64,000 nt of DNA from Lama guanicoe (GCA_013239625.1 MU053645.1:434001-498000), one strand, 5' to 3'. Shown: positions 12,805 to 25,659, numbered from the stretch's first letter. The notes: generated by a model not told the origin, from the sequence alone. Program-made: numbers and translations.

Positions 12805-13774
12805 AAAAATCTTCAATGTATGAAACTAGAAACTGGAAGATGGAAATATTACTAAATTATTTACATTATTCAATTACAGAGTGAAGTGCCTCTTTAGTGC
12901 AACACAAATGTTAATAACAAAGCTGTAATAACCAAAACAACAATAATAATAACCCCAAGACATTTGAAACTTTAAAAAATGGGAGGTTTACTTTAGATAG
13001 CAAATGCCAGAAAATAATGAAATTACTGTGTCTTGTCAAATATTATTTAAGAATATAATTTTATGTCCTACCTGGTTATTTAGTAAATAAATATGTAGTC
13101 ACTTAAGCATTATGACTTAGTATCTTGCTGTTTTTCTGATATAATAACATTAGTTGAGGGAAATGAAAAATATGTGTAATTATTATCTGGTTTTGACAAG
13201 GTGCCATGTACTTACACATTCAGTTGTTGCTATGTAATTACTGAGCAGGCCATTCATCTAACATTTCTTGTGCCTTGGGCGGCAGCTCCTGCAATATGGT
13301 ACCAAGCAGAGTCTAATGGTGAAACAAATCTCCCAAGATTTGTAGCAGTAATGTTTAAAAAGTAGATCCCTCAGTGATGTAGATGTTCAAGTAACAGAAT
13401 TCCTTTCAGTCAAAACTGGAGCCTTTGGGTATAAGAGAATACTTTTATCCTACATTGCTTTAGTTGGCCTAATCTTGGTAGCCTTTGAGTAGCTCCTAAG
13501 TGGATTGTAGAGAGCTTAATGCCATCAAAAGAAAGACAGTTTTTTTGTGTGGTCTCTTCATAATCAACTCTGACCACCTATAGCGACTCTCAACAGAACT
13601 CCTGCCTTCCAACTGACCATTAATAGTATTTATGACCAACAACAGCCTATATCAAACTACTATGTGATGATGGAAGTTATGTGAATGAGCTCCAATCTGG
13701 CCTGTGATGTTTCAGGGATCTTGAAAGATCTCATTATCTTTTACCAATAGGAGAAGTACCCAGGTGGATACAAT

Positions 13775-14373
13775 TTATACAAATACCATATGACCCAGCA
13801 ATTATATTCCTGGGCATTGATCCCAAATAAATGAAGACTTAACATTCCTAGATATATTAAATATGTCTTAGATATATTAAATACGTCCTTCAATGGATAA
13901 TAGTTAAACAAAGTTTGGTCCATCCATACCATGCACTCTTACTCAACAATAGAAAAAGAATAATCTGAACAATTTATTGATTAATATACCACCTGGATGA
14001 ATCTCCAGGGGATTATACTAAGTGAAAAAAGCCAATCTCAAAATTCCAAAATATATGATTCCATTTATATAACATTCTCAAAATGAAATACAGAAATGGA
14101 TAGCAGTTTAATGGGTGCCAGGAGTTAAGGAGGGGAAGAAGATGGGAGGGAAGTGGTGTTGCTATAAAAGGGCAACATGAAGGATCTTTGTGGTGATAGA
14201 ACTGTTCTTGACATGAGTGTATCAGAATCCTGGTTGTGGTATGTTGCTCTAGATCTGCAAGAGGTTACCACTGGGGGAAACTGAGTAAAGAATGTATAGG
14301 ATCTCCCTCTACTGTTTCTAACACCTGCAAGTGAATGTATGATTGTCGCAAATTAAAAAGTTTAATTAGAAAA
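13775..14373 (+). mobile_element. Old L1 3' end (L1MC/L1MD-like)
   Basis: TACCATATGACCCAGCAATT...ATGAATCTCCAGGGGATTATACTAAGTGAAAAAAGCCAATCTCAAAA...GTTACCACTGGGGGAAACTGAGTAAAG...AAAAAGTTTAATT. Confidence 0.85.
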
Positions 14374-14661
14374 GTTGTTCTTAGTGGGGGAAAAAAAAGA
14401 ATGCAGCAAAACAATGATAACATGATGCTTGGATTTACTTTTCAAGAAATGAAATCTGAAGTATTTGACTGTGGGAACCAAGGTTGGTTTTTGGATAGGT
14501 CAAGCCAGGCTTTTCTATACATAGCTGATATAAAATATTTGTCCCTTTCCTGTACTTCTTGGTTTGAACTGTCTTATCTATCAGATACAGTAAAGTATTA
14601 TATAGAAAGCAACCTTAGCTTTTCTGAGATATGTGATAGTATAATTGTTTAAACCTATTAG

Positions 14662-14930
14662 TGTCTTATTAATTATATATTTCTGTGTCAAAATGTACCC
14701 TAAAACTCAGTGGCCTAAAATAACATTTATTACTTCACAGGTTTTGTTGATCAGGAATTTGGGAGTTACTTAATTGTGTGGTTCTGGCTCAGCATCTCTT
14801 AGCAGCCAGCATCTCTCAAGATGTTGGCTGAGGCTACAGTCACTGGAAATCTTGACTGGGACTTTAGGATCCACTTCAAGACTGCTCACTCACATGGCTG
14901 TAAGCAGGAGGTCTCAGTTCCTTACCACTG
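14662..14930 (-). mobile_element. MaLR LTR fragment (MLT1E/F-like)
   Basis: AAAACTCAGTGGCCTAAAATAAC...TCAGGAATTTGGGAG...GGATCCACTTCAAGACTGCTCACTCACATGGCTG..GGAGGTCTCAGTTCCT. Confidence 0.8.
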
Positions 14931-15570
14931 TAGTCCTTTCCATAAAAAATGGAAAACACAATGACTCAGAATCTGGGATTTTAAAACTGAAACTTGTAAG
15001 GGTTCTACCTAGGGTGTGGAATCACCTTGTAAAGAGATAGTATGCTAACCAGAGGCTTCCCAGATGGAATGCCCACCGATAAGCATGGGAGTTCTACACA
15101 TAAAATCACAGGAAGAGCTTTTGATATGCATGCAGAAAAAGACAATCCCCATTGTCTCCAGGCTGCTACTGACACCAAAACTAACCTTTGGAGTAGCAAC
15201 ATCTCACTAGTATATTAGTTATTCTTGGGAAACTGGGCTCAAGATAATGTAGATAACCAAGAACTTGAACGGATTTGTTTTCATTTTTAACTTAAAAATA
15301 TAATAATTCTAATTTTAGAAGTATTACATTAAGAAATATTTATTGTAATGATTCAGACATCACATACGAATCTGGTAAGATGTTCAGAAGTTGGCCACTC
15401 CCCCTAAACCCGGTTCTTTTCCTAAAAGAAGCCCATGATGAACAGTTTCATGTGTATTGCTTCTCAGATTTTGATGTATATATGACTTATCTGGGGATTT
15501 TGTTAAAATGTAGATTATGATTAAGTAGAACTTGAATTGGCCTGATGTTCTGCATTTCTTTCTTTTTCCT

Positions 15571-16165
15571 CCAGTTTTATTGAGGAATAATTAATAAATA
15601 TAATTGTATATATTTAAAGTATATAACATGATGATTTGATATATATTGTGAAATGATTACCAAGATCAAGATAATCAACACATCTATTACCTCATATAGT
15701 TAACTCTTTTCTTCTGTGTATGATGAGAATGCTTAAGACCTACTCTAAGCAAATTTCAAGCATATAATACAAGCATATTATTAACTACAGTCATGCTGTA
15801 TATTAGCTCCTCAGAACTTACTCATTCTAGAATTGAAAGATCATACCCTTTGACCTACATCTCCCCATTTCTTCCTCCTACCCAGCCCCTGTCAACCAGC
15901 AATCTATATTCTAATATCTGTTTCTCTGAAATCACTTAAAAAATTTTTTCACATATGTCATACCATATAGTATTTGTCTTTCTCAGGCTGGCTTATTTCT
16001 CTTGGCATAATGCCCTCCAGGTTCATCCATACTGTTGCAAATGACAGGATTTCCTCCTTTTTATGGCTTACTTTATGTACCTATCTACCTACCTACCTAC
16101 CTACCTATTCGCTTATTTACTTAACTTACTTAACTCACTTACATATATCACATTTTCTTTATCGA
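15571..16165 (-). mobile_element. L1MA-type 3' end with an embedded (CTAC)n tract
   Basis: TTTTATTGAGG..TAATT...TATTGTGAAATGATTACC...TTTGTCTTTCTCAGGCTGGCTTATTTC..CATAATGCCCTCCAGGTTCATCCAT; (CTAC)n at ~16079-16107. Confidence 0.9.
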
Positions 16166-17412
16166 GAGTGGCTTTCTTTCTGTCTTCTTAATTCATTTTA
16201 ATAGTTCACATAGGCTAATAGTTTTATACTCTAAGGTTTGCTTGGCCAAGCACATTAGAATAATCTTATTAATTGAATTGACATCTGTTTTGGTAAATTC
16301 TAGAAAGTCCATTTTCTTATTTGACCATCCCAAACAGACCCCCACTGTACAGTGCCTTTAGAAGGATGATGATGATATTGATTCAAATCTTTCACTACAC
16401 CACTATATGCTGAACTCTACTGGGAAATGGAAGCAAAGTAAGACTTATTAAGTCCATTGTATAGCTCTGATTAAGGTAGATGCTTACAATATCATAACAG
16501 AGATGGATAAGAAACACAAAATTGGTGACCAAATTATCCAAGACAACTGAAAAGAGAAAACTTAGAAAATTAAACAGAACACTTACAGTTCCCACAGTGG
16601 ATAGTAGACATAAAGAGTTTGTTAGATACCAAGGTGTAGAGCTGGCTCAAAATAAAACTAGGCTCAAGGAGAATTTGAAATAAGTTCCTAGATGATAGAC
16701 TCATAATAAATTAAGGACAGATAGGAATATATAGGGATGCCCTTATCTTTTTGAGGTTGACATCATGGATAACATCACACCACAACCATTTATCTTGATG
16801 CTCTTGTCAGGAGTAGAGTGTATGTGTGTGTGCATGTGCATGCATGTGCAATGGCAGTAACAGTAGTAGGAGTGATAGTAAATTTTGTAGGGCCTATAAA
16901 TGTGACAAGGAAATGGACTCTAATTGCAAAAGTAAAAAAATCTAAAATTGTTTTTCATGGTTAAGGATATTAATGGAAAGTTATGCATAACCTACGTGTG
17001 ATCCACAAGTCTGGGGCAAGTCAGAAGTAGAACAGAAGTGAATTGTGAGTTGTTGCTTGCCTTAGAACAGAGAATGTGCTTCATGTGCAGTTAAATCCAG
17101 GACTGCTGGTTTGAGAGACAGAGAAACCAGTGATATTCTTTGCAAAACTTTTCAACTATACACCCTGTGAAAGGAGAGGAAAAAACCTAAAGACCTCATG
17201 AACAAAAGGTATTGCCACCAAGGCCAGTAGAAACCAAGGTACCACTTATTAACAGAGACCCAAATGAATGATGATTTAGGTCTTATGGTCTCTACCTTTC
17301 AAGGAAACAAAACAAAGTCAAAGCATGTACTCAAAGAGAAAAAAAAATGAGATAATCATTTTATATAATGTGCTTGGCCAAACAGACCCTACCACATAAT
17401 ACACTCTTTGGA

Positions 17413-17415
<3 letters not shown>

Positions 17416-17449
<34 letters not shown>
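17416..17449. repeat. (AT)17 microsatellite
   Basis: Read directly. Confidence 0.95.
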
Positions 17450-17451
<2 letters not shown>

Positions 17452-17849
17452 ATATCTTAGTCATTTTGGGTCTCCCAAAGCATCTGATGAAGAGCTTTGT
17501 ACAAAACAGGTACTCAATAAATATGTTTTGTCTTTTCTCTTCTGCTGAATAATAGTAGAAAGAATAGGTTGTCATATGAAGACTTGCTATTAAGGTTTGG
17601 TGATTCCCTTTTTTCCCATCTGTCTGTTCTCCACCTCAAAATAAAGAAACAAATAATGGGACATATGTGTGTACAGCTCACTTGCTTCTTTCTTCTCTCT
17701 CTACCTGCTCCCTACCATAACAACAAAAAAAATTAAAAAATGAGGACAAAGATAATCAAAGACATAGATCAATCTCCCAATATTTCAACTCAGAAAACAA
17801 CCTAATAATTGCAATGATGAGGAAAAGCTTCTGACAGATGTACCATGTT

Positions 17850-18040
17850 GATACCAATGGTCTAATTCCTTAATCAATAAAATACAGTTGTTTGAAGAAT
17901 TAAAATCAGAAAATAGTGACCTCATTGCTACATATTCTACTGTTTGATTAGTGCCTTTTCATAGACCAGGTATGTGGCTGAAATGGTTAATGAATTCTTC
18001 CATCAAAAATGTGTTCTATTTCGTACCCTGACAATGAAGT
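17850..18040 (+). mobile_element. Possible second CR1 ORF2 fragment (region just upstream of the RT core)
   Basis: LFEELKSENSDLIATY at 17888 resembles VLKELKxEIAxxL. CTGAAATGGTTAATG..CCATCAAAAATGTGTTC..ACCCTGACAAT resembles DNA coding for WxxANVxPIFKKG..DPGN. Highly degenerate. Confidence 0.4.
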
Positions 18041-20019
18041 AATACAGACAGTTGCAAAACAGGATCAGTCTATTCATAACATTTTGCAGCCAAACATGTT
18101 CACTGGAACGTAAGAATAGCAACATGGCCTGGACAATATTATAAAGTCCAACAAGCCAAAAGTTACAAAGTAATTGGCAATAAAGAAGATGATTTTAGAA
18201 TTAGAAGAGAAATGCTTATTTTGTAACTAAAGTAATTATATATGTATACAGAATAGTATGGCTTGGAATGAGATGGGATGGAATGTAATACGGTAGGTAG
18301 ATGGAATGTCCCATGAATTAGTACTGTGACAGGCCAAAGATTGGTTCTTAGTGCCTGGGTCCTGGCTTAGAGCCCAAGATACATATTTGTCTTCAGTACA
18401 GAAAAGTGATACTTGGACACTTGTTAGGAACAGAACCGCTGGCTCAATAGCTTAGGGATATGACATAATGTTACTTTCCTTATGTTGGGCTTATAGTAAT
18501 AGGAAACATGCAAATAAAGTTTTTATGAAAAGGAACATGGTCCTATGGAAAAGCTTCACTCTCAACCACATGAGAGTTTTCCACTATCTCAATAATTTCT
18601 AAAATGGCTTGAAAGTTCTAAATTTCCCTGGGGCTTCTGCCTACCCTATGCTCCAGTGATTGTCTGTCTATGGGCTAGACGGGAAGGATGGGAAGAAGGA
18701 ATTAAACTGAAGAGTGACTGCACCTAGGTGTCACAGATTGTCCAAATTCATTTTCTTTGAGTCCAAATTCTGATGACAGGAAAAGAAGTTGATATGTTTC
18801 TGAGAGCCATAGTGGCATGCTCTCAAAAGCAAAGACAATTCTAAAGTGGGAAGTCAATAAATGCCAGAAACATGGCCTTGGGTGTAGTGTTAAAGTGGAG
18901 ATTGCTTATTTTTAGAAGAACAAACAAAATAAGAAGCCAAAATAAGAAGCCTTTAGTCTGTTTTATAATAGATGTTGGTATGCAAACAATGAAGTAGGAT
19001 AAGAAAGGAAGGCTGGGGTCTTTTAATTGTCTACTAAGGAAATATTTTGACTCAAAATAGTTGAAAAGTACCTTTTTAAATACAGTTTCCAAGGCAGACC
19101 ACTTATCAATTTCTCCTTGAGTTAATATAGACATATTCTATATTAATATTGGATAATGAATATGAACTTTATTCAAAATATCAAAGAAAAACTTCTCTTT
19201 TTCCATTTTTAAAAATCTTCATGTTTTACAAGCTAAGGGAAGAGATTAAAAAAGGTAAAAGAAAAGTGGAATTTGAGCCTATGAAGTATTGACCTAGAGA
19301 GGAAATAAATAGCCAAAAAGGAAAACCAACTCTTGCTTCTCCACTGGGGTAGGGGAGAGGAAGACCTAATTTCAGTCTTCCATTGGCCTCTAGAGATACA
19401 GACAAGAGTTCATAATACTTCACAAAATTCTTCTGGAGTGAAGAGTTCAAAAGCTTTGAGCATTCAGTTTCAGCCATCACCTCAAAGGTCAAAGAATGAC
19501 TAACTCACAGCCAAGCCACTGGAATCTCCGGGCTTGCTTTTGACATTTCTGTGGCTTCTTTTCCATCCCTGGATCTAGTTGGGCACATTTGAAGGATGTT
19601 CACTGTAGCACTCTGATTCTCTAAGATAAGAAGTATGTATGTATGTATGTGTGTGTATACACAAATATTGTATATACATATATTATGGGAGTTAAAAAAT
19701 AAGGCCCCACAAATCAATTTTTATAGCAGATTGATATTCAGCCTCCTAACTCATTTCCCCAGATATACAGACACACAAACACACATACCTGCAATGTTCT
19801 GGATGGCCTTATTCTCTCAAATCAAAACGTTTAATCTCAAAGTAGTAGCAGTTGTCTTGAGAAATTCTGAAGACATATCCTCAAGATAAACTTCTTATGA
19901 GTCACTTGTTTGAAGGTGAGTAAGGGAACACAGTCTTCTCTTTCTTTGTTTTTAAATTGCTCTACTTCCATGGATGGAAATAGTAGCATGCCTACCCCAT
20001 TGAAAGAAAAAGATTCTTG

Positions 20020-20105
20020 GAAGGAAGAAAGGAAGGAAGGAAGGAAAGAAGGAAGGAAGGAAGGGATGGAGAAAGGAAGGGAGGAAGAGAAGGAGGGAGG
20101 AAAAG
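20020..20105. repeat. Imperfect (GGAA)n purine tract
   Basis: Read directly; source of the spurious low-complexity ORFs at 19837-20201. Confidence 0.9.
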
Positions 20106-20327
20106 AAAACAACCCACAGCTAGAGATGCATAAAATATCGTTGTTATATCAGATATGGTGTGAATTTCTTTACCTGGTTTCATAAACTCATTGAGTTTCA
20201 AAAGTGTTCCATTTTATACCACATCTGTGATATTCCATTTCTTTGCCAAACAATGGGTAGAGGCTCTGCTTTTGAGTGTCACAAATTATTTCTATTATTC
20301 TCCTGTGTTACATTCTCATGTACTTTT

Positions 20328-20434
20328 TGTTTGTTATTATTTTTATTTTATTTTTTTAATGGAGGTACTGGGGAATGAATCCAGAACGTCGTGCCTACTA
20401 AGCATGTGCTCTACCACTGAGCTATACCCGCCAC
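20328..20434 (-). mobile_element. Camelid tRNA-derived SINE (Vic-1-like) with a 13-bp TSD
   Basis: The minus strand reads GGGTATAGCTCAGTGGTAGAGCACATGCTTAG...TGGATTCATTCCCCAGTACCTCC plus an A-rich tail (A box, degenerate B box). TSD CTCATGTACTTTT at 20315-20327 and 20435-20447; TTT/AAAA endonuclease site. Confidence 0.9.
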
Positions 20435-20629
20435 CTCATGTACTTTTAAAATGACAGGCATAAGGAAAAAGGGGCAATCCAAGTTGTTAAAGAAAACTGA
20501 AATCCAAAAGGAGGGTATTTTCTCGGGACCCCAAGGGTATTCTTTCCCCATTTTAGTACAACAGAGTACCATTCAGTTTGGCATCATGTTGGTATTGTGT
20601 CTTTTGGTTTGTTTGGCTCTTGTTTTGTT

Positions 20630-21690
20630 TACTGAGCTTTATTATACTATCCTCTATAAGTGTGCATTTATTCTTGTCTTCCCATCTAGAGTGTGAGTAG
20701 AGGTATAATTTCTCCTTCTCCCCTATACTTCATAGATCACAGCATGGTATTGGTTATACAGTAGATGCCTAATAATTATTAAATGAAGTGATAACATACC
20801 ATTGGTGCCACAGGATACAACTTCACCAAATCCTGATCACCCTTCTTTTGCTTCCTTCCTTCCTCCCCTTTTCTTTTTTTCATTTTCATTCCCGTCCCTT
20901 TCCCTCCCCTTCTTTCTTAGAGTACTATATTTATTGTGGGACTACTATATATTTTGTATTATAATGGCAAAAAAATTGTATAAGCCACAGTTTTTCCCTT
21001 TAATGAGGTTACACTTAAATCAGGAAATAAAATAGTTACATGAGAAATTGTTAAGTAAGATTTCATGACTTCATAAATAGTAAAGACAATAGGTGTTATA
21101 AATTCAGAGGAAGAGGCAGTACTATGGTTTAAGTGATTAAAGAAGGTTTCCGAGAAGAGACGCTATTAGAAATGAGCTCTGAACAATAATATCTACATCG
21201 TAGTGTTCTTGCAAATACTAAGGAGGCTGATAAATTTGAAGGCTTAACACAGTGTCTTAAATATGGTAAACAATCAAAGTAGTATCCATGATAATGATAA
21301 TGATGTTGGGAGAAAGATGAAGAGAAGGAAAATTGTATAGATGGAGAGGCTGGCAATTTTCAAGTAGTAGACAGCATCTAAGCAAACAGTAATATTTTAG
21401 GATAAGCATGGTATAATGGGAAGTTAAAATAGAGGACTCATTCTGAGGAATCAAAATAACAAGAGAGGATAGTTCATGTGAATAGTAAGAAGGACTTTGA
21501 GTGTCATGCTGTTGTATTAAGACTTACTTTTCTATAGGCAGTGAGGAGCCATTGGCATTTGAAAGATTCTCGCTGCAGTCTATTGGATCTTGAGGTCTTT
21601 TCACTAAGACAGAAGTACCATGGACCTAAATTTCCCCTACACAACGTAGCACAAAGAAATATTCAGGCAATCAAATGAAAATTTTTATCT
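20630..21690. mobile_element. Cluster of L2 fragments (both orientations)
   Basis: L2 tail TGTCTTCCCATCTAGAGTGTGAG...GTAGATGCCTAATAA on the plus strand; minus-strand L2 body ...TCTATAGGCAGTGAGGAGCCATTG. Confidence 0.6.
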
Positions 21691-22211
21691 AAAGTTGTCT
21701 ATTATTAAGTGGATTGACAGTTTCTCTTTCCAACTCAAGCCCTGCCGTAGAGAGACTGAACCAAATGGTTATTTTGTTGTAGACAAGTGAAAAGATTATG
21801 GAATATACTGATTATCATTGTATGGTATCACATTCTCATATATTACATCACATCCTGAAATTAAAAAACAGTAAGTAGCTGTTACATTGGCCTCAAACAC
21901 CCAATGTGCTAACTGTTGTGTGGAGCCTACATGTGCTCTCCCAGGGGGTCTTTGCAGGAAAGTGAGAACACTACCGAAAAGTGGGACAATTAGCAAAAGG
22001 AGAAAAAGAAATAGTTATAAAAGAGGGGAAGAGCAGTAAGGCAGGGTCCCAGTTTTCAATAATCCAAGGGGGGGGTAGAGAAGTTACATAACACACTTTC
22101 ATAAGTATGAATACCTGAGAAATTGAAACTTTATTACAAGGAAATATAATTCAAAAAGTACATTGTAAACCCTGCACCTTAGTGGATATGGTGCAAATAA
22201 AGATATAGACT

Positions 22212-22620
22212 TCATAGAATCATAGAATTTAAGAAAAACCTTGAAATATCATTTTGTCCATTCCCCTGATCTTCAAGCAAAACCTCACCTCAATCATCTG
22301 CGACAAGAGAGAAGCTATCCTGTTTGAAACCAAAATGTAAAAGAGCCCAGAGGTAATTTCATAACCTCCACAGTAATGTATTCTCATGTTTGACAGCCTT
22401 TACTGCCAGTAAATTCTTTCTCATGCTATAGTGTCATTTCCTTTGGCTCCGCCCTCATTGCAGATGGGGAGCATCTGGTCCTAATGACTGCCCTTCAGGT
22501 CCTAGAAGATCATTACTAAATCACCTCTTAGCCAGCTTTTCTATGGGCTGAACAATCTCAATTCCCTTTGGTTTTCTCTTCTTCAGCTTGTTTTCCTGCT
22601 GTTTATCATCTCTGCTCTGG
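22212..22620 (-). mobile_element. L3/CR1 LINE 3' end
   Basis: CATAGAATCATAGAAT is the reverse complement of the CR1 terminal (ATTCTATG)n repeat. It is followed by TTTGACAGCCTTTACTGCCAGTAAATTCTTTCT...CTTTTCTATGGGCTGAACAATCTCAATTCC. Confidence 0.8.
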
Positions 22621-23819
22621 GATAGCTTTATAATAAGAAAAACAATCTTGCTGTCTCTCATGCCAAATAATCATACAATTAAAGCTCTAGCTTTAAAAAA
22701 AAAGCATATATCCGCCTCAACTCCTAAGGCCAAGAATATTTTTAAAATGAGCCTCTTTCCCCTTTTTCGATGACAAATGCCAGTGGAAAATCTTACTTAA
22801 CCTAAAAAAACAGCATTTCTCTAAGGAATTGAACTGTGCAGAAGAATTATTTCTGCTGTGGACAGAGATCAACCTTTTTTTTTTCTGTCTTCATGGGTAA
22901 ATTGTGTAGTTACATAAAAGGAAAAATTACTCAAAGTGCCACTGAAATAGGGAGTTTTACCAACTTACATAGCCTCAGGCAAAGGTTATGTTCTTGAACT
23001 CTGAACTCACCTTTCCTACTTTTCCTCAGTAGCCCAAATAGAGTTAATGATAGAGAAAAGTCTCCAGGCCTTCAAATAATAAAGTAACACTTTCTTAAAA
23101 CCTAAGGGAAAAGCACTGTCAGAGGGTTGATAAAGTCATAACCAATTTTAGAAATATTTGACCCATAAAATATAGTAAAACAACTCTGAACTGCTACCTC
23201 ACCCCTGCAATTCAGATGAAAGTTTTATGTCTTATTTCTAAGGCAACATAATTTACCAATTTAATCATACACTATGCCACTTGCAAAGTCTTGATGGTTT
23301 GTCTCTTCACTTGGAGACTGGGTCCCTGGGCCCCTGCTAGAATTTAGCCATAAGTCTCATACTAAAGAGGTTAAGATTGTAACTTGATTTCTGTGTGAGC
23401 TTCTGAGCTTTATTCTGTTATGTGGGCACTGGCAACCTCATGAATTCATAACACGGACAAAGTGATGTATAAATGAGCCTTTGTTTAGAAAAGGGTTTGG
23501 TAAGGAATTCCATTCAGTGTAAAACACTATCTTTCTTTAGGGACAAGTATAAAATTATTATTTCTGTAAGGAGAAGATTTGGGGAAATGTCACAGTTTTC
23601 AACAAACAGCAGGCATTTTTTCCATGCCCTATCAGTTTGATTTAGTAAAAATTTGAAGAATTTGAGTCCCAATAACACTGGTCACAAATGAACTAACAAA
23701 ACCACATAAGGAACTTTGGCCTTATCCCTTAAGAGAGTAACAGCTGGAACTTAACCACCTGGTGAGAGTGACATTGCCCTCCATTACCATAAGGTGCTCC
23801 TCTAAATGATCCTGCAAAC

Positions 23820-23909
23820 CAGTGGTTCTCAACCAGTGCACAAGATGGACCCCTCACAGTAAAGAAGTAACCAGCCCAGAATATCAAGAGTGCTGATGAG
23901 AAATCCTGG
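23820..23909 (+). mobile_element. Internally deleted MER20 retaining both termini
   Basis: The 5' TIR CAGTGGTTCTCAACC is joined directly to the distal GCACAAGATGGACCCCTCAC...CAGCCCAGAATATCAAGAGTGCTGATGAGAAATCCTG. Confidence 0.75.
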
Positions 23910-25659
23910 CTTAGCCCCCGACCTACACCACTAAGGGAGGACAGCTCTTGTTGCAGTCTGGACCGCACGTCACTGTCTGCTTTAGTCAGGATGTTGCTTC
24001 TCCACCAATGCACTGCATGGCTGGCCCTGCTACCTCTCTCATCCTCCTTACTTACTTACTGAAGGATGGGAAGACCCGAGAAGACTCTAGACACCTTTCC
24101 TTATCTCTTTGGAAAGACAGTGCCAAGTTCTATCCCGAAGGGCTGTGTGCTTCCTGCTGCCTATTCTCCAACCTGTAAGCTTGTGGAAAATTCCAGAGGG
24201 AGCATATGCCCTTTCCTTAATGAGACGACAGGAATGTTCCACTTGAGTTCACAGAGGGCCAAGCTGCTCTGCCCAATTCCTTGAATACTTCATTTCTACC
24301 CCTAGGCAGATTTCCTATATCCCCCAGCTTTGGCCGCTACCTCTTTGTATGCACTCAACTCAAGTATTTGTTGGGAGGTTACACACATAGTGATTTAAGT
24401 CTGGCTAATATGTTTTCAAATTCCTAATGACTATAATTTAGTGCTGGAAGCAGTATGAGCCACCCTGGTTAATCAAAAACTCTGGTTAACTGAGAGTCAT
24501 TAGAGATACCATGCTAGAACCACTGACTGTTTTATCAAGGAGTTGGATAGAGACCAAATACACTAAACTCTACAACTATAGTGAACATCATTTAATCTTT
24601 ACTTGACAATTTAAATGGCTCATTAGGATCTTTTATTGCCTTACGGTCATTATTAGAATCCTCTCTCTCTTTGTCTCATTTGCTTGACTGATGTTAGGTA
24701 GAGGAGTTAGTTCAATTAAGGAATTCTGGGAAACCGAATTGGGCCCTCAGTAAATATTATTGGCTGACTAATGTAAGTAGATAGGCACTACCCCACTGTG
24801 GAAATCAATTGCCTAAATCTAGATAATTTTTTAAAAATCTAGAAACATAGAAAATATGGAAAGCAGAGAGCTAAAAATGAATGCTACTCTCAGTTGTATA
24901 CTGGATCACTCAGTTATAATTTCCTATTATCATCTACCAGTAACTCAGAAAAAATGGTACTTTTGCAATCTAAAAGGCTTCAACCCTGGCTTTATTTAAA
25001 TAACCTGCTGCCTATCCTCAGCCGTCGCTGTCACTAGATGTACTGTATGCTGTTTTGCCTTCATCCTAGGGCCCTGAGACCACGTATACTCAGGGCCTGA
25101 CTGCAGTAGAAGCCTCACCCTGTTAGGCTTTCCCTGACCCTTTCCTGGACTCCACAGAAATTCCTCACCCTCAGGCAATATGTGAACTTGGTGACCAGCT
25201 TGCCTGTGCCTTTTGCCAAAGGAAAGATGACAGTTTTGTTGCCTCGGAAAACAGATGATGTTGTTAAGGATAAACATAGCCATATCTGCGAATCTGATGA
25301 TTGATTCGCATGTTAGAACTTGAAATTAACTTTCTTGTTTTTCATTTCTTTTGCTGCTTTTTGTTATTTTCTTGTCCCCTTCCAGCCTGAGATAGCCTGC
25401 ATGAAGCAAGCAGGACAAGTTCCCAGCATTTTAGGCCATAGGCAGTTTCCGTGAGCCCAGACTCCCATACTGAACAGTTTCTACCTCTCACCATTTCTAC
25501 TAGAAAAGAACAAAGCGTACAATTCTGAGCACCAGAAAAATCCCTGATTTCCCCTCTGCAGACCATCTACTTTTTTCCTAATGAAAAAATGCTGTCCTTC
25601 ACTTACAAAGCTGCGGCATAAGATCTGCCATTAATAGGGCAGTTATTTCCTCATTAATA

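Larger units (their letters stand above)
13060..16720 (+). mobile_element. Fragmented ancient CR1 (L3/CR1_Mam-like) LINE interrupted by younger insertions
   Basis: Three collinear ORF2 relics: DIITLVEG..GFDKVP (~13140-13207, cf. KAFDKVPH); GCAGCAAAA..NMMLGF (~14403-14440, cf. AAKKANRMLG); and a 3' end TACAATATCATAACAGAGATGGATAAG...GGCTCAAGGAG...TAAGTTCCTAGATGATAGA (~16486-16705). Confidence 0.55.

Noticed and set aside
19837..20201. ORFs with SFLP or EGRK repeats
   Set aside because: Translations of the (GGAA)n tract.
20360..20434. tRNA-Ala gene
   Set aside because: The A-tail, TSD and degenerate B box and anticodon arm show that it is a SINE.
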